Both the position numbers and the translations under genes were made by a program. The notes under the pieces were generated by a model. It saw only the letters and a program-made list of their open reading frames with translations. It was not told the DNA's origin and did no database searches. Positions 30,458-39,286 of a stretch of DNA of 64,000 bases are shown here, piece by piece. The stretch's first letter is position 1; every line of letters begins with the position of its first letter. Origin of the DNA: an uncultured cyanobacterium (GTDB lineage Bacteria > Cyanobacteriota > Cyanobacteriia > PCC-9006 > JAAUQQ01); contig OY970368.1 of the NCBI GenBank assembly GCA_963718615.1, positions 2,432,001-2,496,000 of the forward strand, written 5' to 3'.

Positions 30458-31615
30458 ATGTCATTGGACACAGGCAGCGATCCCGTTTTGGATTTTCTGG
30501 ATTTGAAGGATGCAGTGGACACTGCGCCTTTGACCGTCTCACCGGATCTGTCTTTGATGGAGGCGATTGTCAGCCGAAGTCAACCGTCATTACGATGTGA
30601 TCTAGAGAACTTCTCCAGTATGGAAGGGCTTGCTTTGCCCAAGCAGCAGGCTACGAGCTGTATTTTGGTCATGGAGGGGCAAACCCTGCTGGGAATTGTG
30701 ACCGAGCGAGATATTGTGCGCTTAACCGCAGCGGGACTGGATTTTCGGACGACAGCGATCGCTGAGGTAATGGTTCATCCGGTGATTACGTTTCCCCAGC
30801 GATCGCTTCAGGATGTGTTCGCCGCTTTATTTTTATTTCGTCGATATCGCATTCGCCATTTGCCAGTCGTCGATGACCAAAACCACCTCGTCGGGGTAAT
30901 TTCCCAGGACAGCTTGCGCCAGGTGATGCGTCCAGCCAATTTGCTGCGATTTCATCGCGTTGCAGATGTAATGACGACGCCAGTGATCCAGGCTCCCCTG
31001 AAGGCTACGGTCCTGGAGGTCGCTCAGCAGATGGCAGAAAATCGGGTCAGCTGCGTGGTCATCACCCAAAACAATATCGAGGGGGATCCCCAGCCGATAG
31101 GGATTGTCACCGAGCGAGATATTTTGCAGTTTCAGGTGTTGCAGTTGGATTTGGCCAAGACCAAGGTGCGGGATGTGATGAGTTCACCCTTGTTTTTGCT
31201 CAGTCCGAATGATTCGCTCTGGACCGCCTATCAAGCCATGGGAAAGCGACGGGTGGGTCGTCTGGTGGTGTCTTGGAACTGGGGTAAGGGGTTGGGGATT
31301 GTGACTCAAACCAGCCTATTGCGGGTTTTTGATCCGGTGGAGATGTTTTCGATTATTGAAGCGTTGGAACAAACCATTCAGCAGTTGCAAGGGGAGCAAG
31401 GGCGATCGCTGTCACAGCCTGTTTTGGGGGATTTGGGCTCTTTCAAGACTGATTCGCTCAAGACTAATTCGCTCAAGACTGATATTGAGCAGAGCTGTTG
31501 GCTGATTCGGGGGTTGTTGGCGGATCCTGGATTTTCCTTGACCCAGCGGCGATCGCAACTGCTCCAGATTCTCGCGACGCTCCAGCGGCTCACTTTCCTC
31601 GCTGAACGTGGGTAG
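30458..31615 (+). CDS. CBS domain protein (four CBS repeats)
   Basis: GIVTERDI x2, IRHLPVVD, VGRLVV...GIVTQTS. Confidence 0.9.
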   Translation: MSLDTGSDPVLDFLDLKDAVDTAPLTVSPDLSLMEAIVSRSQPSLRCDLENFSSMEGLALPKQQATSCILVMEGQTLLGIVTERDIVRLTAAGLDFRTTAIAEVMVHPVITFPQRSLQDVFAALFLFRRYRIRHLPVVDDQNHLVGVISQDSLRQVMRPANLLRFHRVADVMTTPVIQAPLKATVLEVAQQMAENRVSCVVITQNNIEGDPQPIGIVTERDILQFQVLQLDLAKTKVRDVMSSPLFLLSPNDSLWTAYQAMGKRRVGRLVVSWNWGKGLGIVTQTSLLRVFDPVEMFSIIEALEQTIQQLQGEQGRSLSQPVLGDLGSFKTDSLKTNSLKTDIEQSCWLIRGLLADPGFSLTQRRSQLLQILATLQRLTFLAERG

Positions 31616-31643
31616 AGGCAGGACTAGAGCACCAACCACAACT

Positions 31644-31877
31644 CTAGCGCAGTCCCACCCAGGTCCAGAAATCTTGCCGCGTGACGAATTCCAGCAAAAG
31701 CAAAACCACAAACGCCAGCATGGCAAACCGACCATTCAGTCGCTCGGCGTAGGCATTCCAGCCAAAGCTAGGGGCTTCGAGGTCGGATTCGGGCTGCGAT
31801 TGGGGGTGGGATTCGGGGGCGATCGCCTCAGTGTTTTCGATAGTGTTTTCGATGGGATTTTCGATCTCGTTACTCAT
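31644..31877 (-). CDS. High-light-inducible protein (Hli/Scp)
   Basis: FGWNAYAERLNGRFAMLAF chlorophyll-binding motif; ATG at 31877 overlaps the sdhB stop. Confidence 0.92.
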   Translation of the reverse strand: MSNEIENPIENTIENTEAIAPESHPQSQPESDLEAPSFGWNAYAERLNGRFAMLAFVVLLLLEFVTRQDFWTWVGLR

Positions 31878-32955
31878 GGTCAGGGGATTGAGGGGGTAGG
31901 GACGGATTGTTAAGCATTGTTGCGGTGTCGTTCTGGATTGTACCGCGTTGGACTGCTTCGATGAGCGATCGCACCTCCTGGGTCCCTTCTGAGGGCTCAA
32001 AGTTCAGCGGGAATTTACGACGCTTGAGCATCGTCAGGCCCAGAGGCAATAGGCTAAACAACCCGGCCAGATCCCGGAACGAGTTGCCCAAAACCCGTAG
32101 CCCAAATTTGCGTTCGTCAATCCAGCCGCCCCGTTTGACCAGATCCACCAAGACTTTGCGGTGGCGGAGAGCGCGGCTGTGGTTAATATCCGCTGTGGAT
32201 GCTTGGGCGAGCAGTTGTTCTTTGATCCGGCCAATTTGGTCCATGGGCGCGACTTCCATGGGGCAGACGGCATTGCAGTAATAGCAGCGGGTGCAACCCC
32301 AGACGCCGGAGTCGGTTTGGCCGTACTGATGGAGGCGATCGCCCCTGCGATCGTCCCGAGTATCCACCAGCGTCCGCCAGCCCTTGGCCAGGGCATGGGG
32401 TCCGACAAAGTTGGGATTGACTTCACGGGCGTTGCATTCGGAATAGCAGGCTCCGCAGAGGATGCAGTTGCCGGTTTGGTTGAGTTTGTCCCGTTCTGCT
32501 GGGGTTTGCAGAAACTCCCGCTCGGGAATTTGGCGAGCGGCGGTGCTGACGTAGGGATCAACGGCTTTGAGATTTTGCCAGAAGGAGTCCATATCGACGA
32601 TCAGGTCTTTGATCACCGGCATATTCCCCATGGGGGCGATCCTTAAGGTCGGTATGATTTCCGTCGAACTTTCGCTGACATGCTCGCGGACTGGCTCCAT
32701 GGGCTCTAGCCTTGCTAGTTCACCCCGCAGACTTTCCTTGCAGGCTAGGGTCGAGCGGCCATTGATGCGCATGGAGCAACTGCCGCAGATCGTATTACGA
32801 CAATTTTTGCGGAAGCCCAGCGTTCCGTCCTGTTCCCATTTGATTTTGTTGAGACAATCTAACACCGTGTTGCCCGGTTCGGCCTCCAGCTCATAGCGCT
32901 GAATGCGGGGGGCTTCACCCTGGGTTTGGCGCAGAATCTCAAAGGCAACTTTCAT
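31870..32955 (-). CDS. sdhB: Succinate dehydrogenase/fumarate reductase iron-sulfur subunit
   Basis: CRNTICGSC, CILCGACYSEC, CTRCYYCNAVCP clusters. Confidence 0.93.
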   Translation of the reverse strand: MKVAFEILRQTQGEAPRIQRYELEAEPGNTVLDCLNKIKWEQDGTLGFRKNCRNTICGSCSMRINGRSTLACKESLRGELARLEPMEPVREHVSESSTEIIPTLRIAPMGNMPVIKDLIVDMDSFWQNLKAVDPYVSTAARQIPEREFLQTPAERDKLNQTGNCILCGACYSECNAREVNPNFVGPHALAKGWRTLVDTRDDRRGDRLHQYGQTDSGVWGCTRCYYCNAVCPMEVAPMDQIGRIKEQLLAQASTADINHSRALRHRKVLVDLVKRGGWIDERKFGLRVLGNSFRDLAGLFSLLPLGLTMLKRRKFPLNFEPSEGTQEVRSLIEAVQRGTIQNDTATMLNNPSLPPQSPDHE

Positions 32956-33083
32956 AACCGGACGCTCCAGGCTGATTTCTGGCGTTGGGTGTTGCGTTGC
33001 TCGACCCAGCCGAGAAATTTTTCCCCTTTAGGATAAGCGATCGCCCGCTCCCTCTCCTGCCTCGTCGCGCATCTTAATGCCCG

Positions 33084-33920
33084 TTACCCATGGCACTGCA
33101 ACCAATCGAGCAAATCCTGCCACACCTGCGCCCGTTCGGGTTCGTTAAAGACTTCGTGATATAGCCCCTCATAGCGCTTGAAGGTTTTATCGGTGGATTG
33201 GGCTGCTTGATAGAGAGCTTCGCTGCCGGTAATGGGGGCGAGGCGATCGCCCGTCCCATGGAAAATCAGCAGCGGCAGTTGCAGTGCCGACCGATGGGCC
33301 TCGATCCAGCGAATGGTGCGAATCAGTTCTGCCCCCGTTCGCGCTCGAATCTTGCCATGATGAATCAGCGGGTCCTGGTCATAGGCTGCCCGCACTGCCG
33401 GATCGCGACTGATGCCGGTGTGATCCAGAGCAACCGTGGGCATTGTCGGCAGTAGCGTTCCCAGCAGCCCCGAGAGCCGAATGAGTAAGGGCGAGACCTT
33501 GGGGTTAAGGGCCAGGGCCGGGGCACTGAGAATGAGTCCGGCGAGGTTTACTTCAGGGTGTTCGAGGACAAACCGGGTGGCGATCGCCCCTCCCATACTG
33601 TGCCCCAACAAAAACAGCGGTGTCCTTGGCGGTGTTATTGAATTTGGCGGCGTTATTGAATGTTGTGTTTGCACCTGGTCTAAAACGGTTTGCACATCCA
33701 CCAGATAATCCTCAAATCGCTCTACATACCCCCGCATCCCAGGCGATCGCCCATGGCCGCGAAGATCAAAGCCATAGACCGCATACTGATGGGTATTGAG
33801 AAATTGGGCGAGTTCAGCGTAGCGATCGCTATGTTCTGCCAACCCATGGACAATGAGAACCACACCGCGTAGCGGCAGATTTGGGCTAGATGTGGGCAAC
33901 CAACTTTGCCGGTATAACAT
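33084..33920 (-). CDS. Alpha/beta hydrolase, lysophospholipase/monoacylglycerol lipase family
   Basis: VHGLAEHSDRY, DLRGHGRS, GHSMGG, HGTGD, YHEVFNE; ATG overlaps the kinase stop (TGATG). Confidence 0.92.
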   Translation of the reverse strand: MLYRQSWLPTSSPNLPLRGVVLIVHGLAEHSDRYAELAQFLNTHQYAVYGFDLRGHGRSPGMRGYVERFEDYLVDVQTVLDQVQTQHSITPPNSITPPRTPLFLLGHSMGGAIATRFVLEHPEVNLAGLILSAPALALNPKVSPLLIRLSGLLGTLLPTMPTVALDHTGISRDPAVRAAYDQDPLIHHGKIRARTGAELIRTIRWIEAHRSALQLPLLIFHGTGDRLAPITGSEALYQAAQSTDKTFKRYEGLYHEVFNEPERAQVWQDLLDWLQCHG

Positions 33921-35791
33921 CAATTGACTTGGTCCAACCATTGATTGGCGATGTCGCACCAGGCTTCCACATAGGCGGTTTGCTTGGGGTCGCTGGGATT
34001 GATGGCTCCTGTATGTTCGGGATAGCGATCGCGAAATTGCTCATCCACCTCCTGCCAAGAGGCTTTCTCCGCTGGGAGTTGGTTGAATCGAGCGATGGCA
34101 TCGGCCTGACATTGGGGATTGCTTAACCCTGTGCCCAAGGGACCGGCTCCTGCTGGCCGTTGAAGGGTCGGAAACTGAAAGGTCGGCCACTGAAGGGCTG
34201 GAAATTCAATGACAGGAAACGGGATGTCCGGCAACTCGATTGCGGGCCACTGAACCGGTGGTAACTCCGTTGGCAAGGGGGGTAAATTAATATCCGGCAA
34301 GGGTGGGAGGGCGATCGCAGGCCATTCGGGCAAGGGGGGTAATTGAGGCAACTGCCCCTGGGCAATGCTGGGCAGCACCCGCCGCACCCCACTGTAGAGC
34401 ACTAGCAACACCAACAGGCTTGGCCCAACGCGAAAGGCTAGAAAACTCAGAAGGGGTTGAATCCACAATAAAGGGCGAACCCAGAGGGGCCAGATATATC
34501 GGGTCGGTTCGATGGTGATGGTTTGGGGGAGCGATCGCCCAATCGCAACGGTTTTTTGCACTGAGAAGGGAGCGGTTTCTGCCGATCGAGCCATGTTGGC
34601 AGGTCGCAGAATTTCAGTGGGTGCTAGTTCTGCTGGCAGAGGGGTGGTCTCCCGTGCAAATTCCACAGGTCGCGGGGAAAAGCGATTGGACAAACGGCTG
34701 GGAGGGATCTGGGTCGGAGGGAATGGACTTGAAGAAGATTGGCTTGAAGGAAATTGGCTAGGAGGGCATTGAGTGGGCGGTAATTGTGTCGGCGGTAATT
34801 GCGTGGGGGAAAATGGGCTAGAGGAAAATTGACTGGGGGGAAATTCGGTTAGGGTTCGCAGTTGGGCCTGGGCGGCAAGCTGATGGAGCGCGGCTAAAAC
34901 CTCCGCAGCCGAATGAAAGCGTTGTTCTGGTTGAGTTTGCAACAATTGGGTTAAAATCATCGCCAACCCTGGGCTGACAATGACCTGCTGTTGCCAGAGC
35001 CAGCGATCTTGGTGAGGGTCGTAGAGTTCAGCGGGGTTGCGTTGGCCGGTGAGGAGGGCGATCGCACAAACCCCCAGAGCATACAAATCGCTTGAAGGAT
35101 AGGCTTCTCCCAGGCTTTGCTCGGGGGGGCTATAGCCTTTCTTGGCAATGAACGTGCGTTGTTGGGGGAGCGAGGCTGATGCGGAATGGAGCGCATGTTT
35201 GACAGTGCCGAAATCAATTAGCACGGGGCGGCTAGTGCGGGTGCTCAGGAGGATGTTGTCGAGAGCGATGTCGCGGTGGATGACGGCGGGATTGTGGTTG
35301 TGGAGATAGTCTAAAACGGGCAGAAAGTCCCGCAGAAACTGAATGACTTGAATTTCGGGAAATGCACCAAATTGCAGCAGGTCTAGATAAGTCGGTCCTT
35401 CAATCCATTCCTGCACGAGCATCCAGTGGGTTTGGCCTTTGACTTCGATTTCAAATTCTTCGCGAAATTGAGGAATTTGGGCATGGCTCAGCCGATGCAG
35501 GACAGCGGCTTCACGCTGGAAGAGTTCACGGGCTTTTTGAATGCCTTGGGCATCGGTGGTGCTGAGGGGGGCAAATTCTTTGAGAACGCAGGGTTCGTTG
35601 TGGCGGCGGCTATCGGTGGCGAGGTAGGTGCGGCCAAATCCGCCGTGGCCAATTTGTTGGCGAATGGTGTAGCGGCCATCGATCACTTGCCCTACGGCGA
35701 GGGGGGCTCCCACGACTCCCCAAGGCTCGGGGGCTCGGCGTTTGCCCCGTAGGGTTGGCAAAAAACTAATTTTAGGGCGGGGGAGTCTCAT
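33920..35791 (-). CDS. Hanks-type Ser/Thr protein kinase with Pro-rich linker, TM and extracytoplasmic domain
   Basis: GHGGFG, VLKE, HRDIALDN, IDFG, GYSPPEQ, SDLYALG. Confidence 0.93.
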   Translation of the reverse strand: MRLPRPKISFLPTLRGKRRAPEPWGVVGAPLAVGQVIDGRYTIRQQIGHGGFGRTYLATDSRRHNEPCVLKEFAPLSTTDAQGIQKARELFQREAAVLHRLSHAQIPQFREEFEIEVKGQTHWMLVQEWIEGPTYLDLLQFGAFPEIQVIQFLRDFLPVLDYLHNHNPAVIHRDIALDNILLSTRTSRPVLIDFGTVKHALHSASASLPQQRTFIAKKGYSPPEQSLGEAYPSSDLYALGVCAIALLTGQRNPAELYDPHQDRWLWQQQVIVSPGLAMILTQLLQTQPEQRFHSAAEVLAALHQLAAQAQLRTLTEFPPSQFSSSPFSPTQLPPTQLPPTQCPPSQFPSSQSSSSPFPPTQIPPSRLSNRFSPRPVEFARETTPLPAELAPTEILRPANMARSAETAPFSVQKTVAIGRSLPQTITIEPTRYIWPLWVRPLLWIQPLLSFLAFRVGPSLLVLLVLYSGVRRVLPSIAQGQLPQLPPLPEWPAIALPPLPDINLPPLPTELPPVQWPAIELPDIPFPVIEFPALQWPTFQFPTLQRPAGAGPLGTGLSNPQCQADAIARFNQLPAEKASWQEVDEQFRDRYPEHTGAINPSDPKQTAYVEAWCDIANQWLDQVN

Positions 35792-36367
35792 ACAGGGAGC
35801 GGGGAGTGGGTCAGAGGCTTGCCAGGAAAGGAACTCCCTGACGAAAATGTGGTGGTTTTGTTCCTGCGGGCTAAAAGCAGGGCCGCGTCATAGGTTTTTC
35901 CGACGTGTTTTTCTCACTATATAGCAAGGGAAGAGGGTGACGTCCAAGACCCTCTACAAAAAAGGCATCCCTCGATTCAGCAATGCCATACAAAATGCTT
36001 TCCTCTCTTGAGGTGATTGGGTCCACTTCATACGATGAGAGATCGGACAGTTGGTCGTGCCAGATAATTCTATATGTTCTCAAAACCTCACTCGCTCTTT
36101 GGTGGCTTGGTGTTAAAATTCTCCAGTAACCAGCACTATAACCGCCTTCCGCACGGCTCTTGTAGGTGGTGGTTTGTACAACTGGTTTCTCCTATGAAAT
36201 CCCCTTTAACCTACCTGACGAGCATCTTGCCTTATTCTCCTCCAAGGCTCCTGGCTTCTTCAAATAGATAAAGTCGATCTTGGGCTCAGTTCAAGATGAT
36301 CACAAATTATCTGGTGTCTAACTCCTCTCAGGCATACAATATGCTCAGTATTTTCCCCGTATCGTTC

Positions 36368-36741
36368 ATGAACAATACTAAAATAGTTGAGTCTTTGCTT
36401 TGGATGAAGAGCGATGAGGAGTCTGAAGAGATTTTGCAGGCAATGGTACGAGTCGCGGCAAAATTGGAGGAACACCAAGACGCAAAAGTGTTACCGGTAA
36501 TAAAGCCAGAGAGAAGGGTGACCTGTTAGTAAGCGACATCTTGAACGTAGAAATAAATCTAAGGAACATTGTGACATTTGGGAAATGGCTTTATGGGAGG
36601 AGAATTGTGGGAATGCCGACTAAATCTAAATTCAAGTCAGGACGTGTAAAATTTGAGTTTGGCGGTCAAAATATCAAAGATTTAGCATCGGCATTCAACG
36701 AGTTTTAAAAGTTCGTAGAAGTGATTAGTGTATCGAAGTAA
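36368..36741 (+). pseudogene. Frameshifted small gene resembling EACC1-type partners of cyanobacterial caspases
   Basis: MNNTKIVES...KPE continues as KGDLLVSDILNVEINL...FGKWLYGRRIVG...VKFEFGGQNIKDLASAF only after a shift at GAGAGA (~36509-36514); in-frame TAA at 36706. Confidence 0.5.
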
Positions 36742-36767
36742 AACAGATAGTAGCTAAGGAGATAACT

Positions 36768-39038
36768 ATGAGTCGGCGTGCGCTTCTGATCGGAGTAAGC
36801 GAATACGGTGAAGGCTTTGACTCTTTACCCGGAAGCCTGCGAGATGTTCGCAAAATGGCCAATGTGCTAGGCGATTCAGAGCAAGGAGCGTTTGAAAAAC
36901 CTATAGTACTAGAAAATCCAACCTTGAACGAAATAAAAGAGGAGATTGAGCAGTTTTTTCGTGGAGCGGGATCAGAGAAAGATGATTTATTGCTGCTATA
37001 TTTTTCTGGTCACGGGGATTTGGGAAGTGATTTTGTGCGTCAGCAACTTCATCTGTGTGCAAAAGGAACTCGAAAATTAAACGGACAACTGATGGAATCT
37101 AGTGCAATGTCGGCTGAATTCCTTAAAAGACAAATGGATCTTAGTAAATCTACGCAAATTATAGTAATTTTAGACTGCTGTTATAGCGGGGCGATCGCAG
37201 ATTTACTAAGAAAAGGAGATGAAGACAGTGCCTTTAATGAACTGAGAGCTCCAGGACGTGTCATTCTAGCCTCATCTAGTGCGTCGCAGTCTTCTTACCA
37301 ATCAACGGATGGCCTATCTCTTTATACGCATTACTTACTAGAAGGAATGACTGGAGCCGCACAGCCTAAAAATTCTCACGCTCCGTGGATTGTTGTGCAG
37401 GATCTACATGCTTATGCAGAGCGGCGTTTTGAAGTAGAGCAAAGAGGTGGGGTATCGCCGAAAATCATTGTTGCTAGGGATACAGGTTATGACATTCCTA
37501 TCGTCAAAGCACCAAGACCATTACCCCTCTTGGACTATAGGCAAGAAGTAGATGAACTCTTTCAGGATCTAGATCGAGAGCGAGGATTGGAATTTAAGGG
37601 AAAAATTGAAGAACCGTTAGCTCGGGCGAGACTAGAAACTTCGCGTCTTTGTCTAGGCACAATAAGTCCTGAGGAGGCTCAAAAAATTGAGCAAGAAGTT
37701 CAAGCACCTTACTTAGCCAGAGAGAAACAACGACGAGATTATGAGCGAAACTTTGAGTTAGCAGTGAAGGATGGTTTTTTGCCAGATGATTTCAATCTGA
37801 AACAGCTCGAAAAAATTCGGCAAAATATAGGTTTAGGTAAAGAGGATGCCGATAGAATTGCACAGTTTATTTCACGGCAGCGACGATTAAGACCCCGTCC
37901 TGCAACTCTATCATCATCCTCTCAATCCATGAGATTCTCTCAACTTGATGTTGGTTGGGCTGAGGCTGCGGCAAGAGCTACGGCAACTACTACTCAACTA
38001 GGAAATGAAGCTAAAGCCGCAGCCAGTAAGCTATCTAGTGCGACCCATCAGTTACAGTCCCATTTTTTCACCCGTCGTACTTTTCTTAATTCTTTACGCT
38101 TAGCTGGAATAGGTTTTTGCCTAGCATATATTATAAAAAATTTAGATCTTTTGAAAGAGCAATTGCCTAAATCAAACTTAAGTCTAAACGGTCTTGATTC
38201 TCGCAATACTATTCCTCCTTTGATGAGAAGTGAATTTGAAGCCATAGAGGTCAACGAGAGCGGTATCGTCATTGGAACAAGATCCAGCTTCAAGTATTTC
38301 TTTGAAGAAGATTTAGGGCAGGGAATTCTGATCGAGATGATACAAATAAAAACAGAAAATTTTCCTGTTGACACTTCAATCTCATACATTGAAGATAGTC
38401 AAGGTCGGCGTGTAGAGGAAGTAAAAATACCCAATTTCTTTATAAGCCGTACTGAAATTACCCAGGAGCAATACGAGGTAATAACGGGGCAGACTCCATC
38501 CCTATTTATAGGGAAAACTCGTCCAGTAGAAAGAGTGAGTTGGTATGATGCTCAAGCATTTTGTCAACTTTTAAGTAAACGAACAGGCAAAAAGTATCGC
38601 TTGCCAACTGAAGACGAATGGGAGTATGCCTGTCGTGCAACAACAATAACGCCGTTTCATTTTGGTAAAGTACTCATCCCGTCTTTGGCCAATTATCGTG
38701 AAAGTACTACGGGAATAGAAGCTCTTTTATCTCTTAATCAGACTAAAGAATCAAAAAATCAAACGAAAGATGTAGGAAGTTTTCAGCCGAATGGATTTGG
38801 TCTATGTGATATGCATGGAAATGTTTCAGAATGGTGTGGAGATTACCTGTATATTCAGAATCAAAAAGTGACATTAGTTCGGCATCCTGCCTACTCGACA
38901 ACTAGTGAAAATTTGTATGGGGTTCGAGGAGGTTCTTACAGCAGTCTCATGGAAGAGAGCAGTTCTACTAGCCGTCAGAGTTTTCCACCTAACTATTCTA
39001 GTGAAGTATTGGGTTTTCGGATAGCGTGCTCTTTTTAA
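36768..39038 (+). CDS. Caspase-like (peptidase C14) protein fused to TM and SUMF1/FGE-sulfatase domain
   Basis: ALLIGVSEY, FSGHG (His), LDCCYSG (Cys); C-terminal TQEQY, PVERVSWYDA, YRLPTEDEWEYACRA, PNGFGL.DMHGNV.EW, GFR. Confidence 0.92.
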   Translation: MSRRALLIGVSEYGEGFDSLPGSLRDVRKMANVLGDSEQGAFEKPIVLENPTLNEIKEEIEQFFRGAGSEKDDLLLLYFSGHGDLGSDFVRQQLHLCAKGTRKLNGQLMESSAMSAEFLKRQMDLSKSTQIIVILDCCYSGAIADLLRKGDEDSAFNELRAPGRVILASSSASQSSYQSTDGLSLYTHYLLEGMTGAAQPKNSHAPWIVVQDLHAYAERRFEVEQRGGVSPKIIVARDTGYDIPIVKAPRPLPLLDYRQEVDELFQDLDRERGLEFKGKIEEPLARARLETSRLCLGTISPEEAQKIEQEVQAPYLAREKQRRDYERNFELAVKDGFLPDDFNLKQLEKIRQNIGLGKEDADRIAQFISRQRRLRPRPATLSSSSQSMRFSQLDVGWAEAAARATATTTQLGNEAKAAASKLSSATHQLQSHFFTRRTFLNSLRLAGIGFCLAYIIKNLDLLKEQLPKSNLSLNGLDSRNTIPPLMRSEFEAIEVNESGIVIGTRSSFKYFFEEDLGQGILIEMIQIKTENFPVDTSISYIEDSQGRRVEEVKIPNFFISRTEITQEQYEVITGQTPSLFIGKTRPVERVSWYDAQAFCQLLSKRTGKKYRLPTEDEWEYACRATTITPFHFGKVLIPSLANYRESTTGIEALLSLNQTKESKNQTKDVGSFQPNGFGLCDMHGNVSEWCGDYLYIQNQKVTLVRHPAYSTTSENLYGVRGGSYSSLMEESSSTSRQSFPPNYSSEVLGFRIACSF

Positions 39039-39186
39039 TCGTTAAGACTTGTCGGTACATATAATTCTTTCGAGGTGCAAGTATTTTAAACAGTTTATAA
39101 GCCTATCCGAAATCGTCAGGCTAAACAATCCCTAAAGGTCTGAGCACAATTCCACTACTCAGATTAATTTTTACAAGTCTCTATAA

Positions 39187-39226
39187 TCTGTGTGCCAAAT
39201 CGAAATTCTGTGTGCCAAATCGAAAT
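39187..39226. repeat. Perfect 20-bp tandem duplication near the right edge of the caspase island
   Basis: tctgtgtgccaaatcgaaat x2. Confidence 0.9.
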
Positions 39227-39286
39227 ATAGACTCAAAATTGTTTATATAAGGTATTGCGCTGATAAATTGCCCTGAATATAACTTT

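Noticed and set aside
35871-36271. Small ORFs at the left edge of the caspase island
   Set aside because: Multiple stops and no recognisable motif; probably degraded DNA
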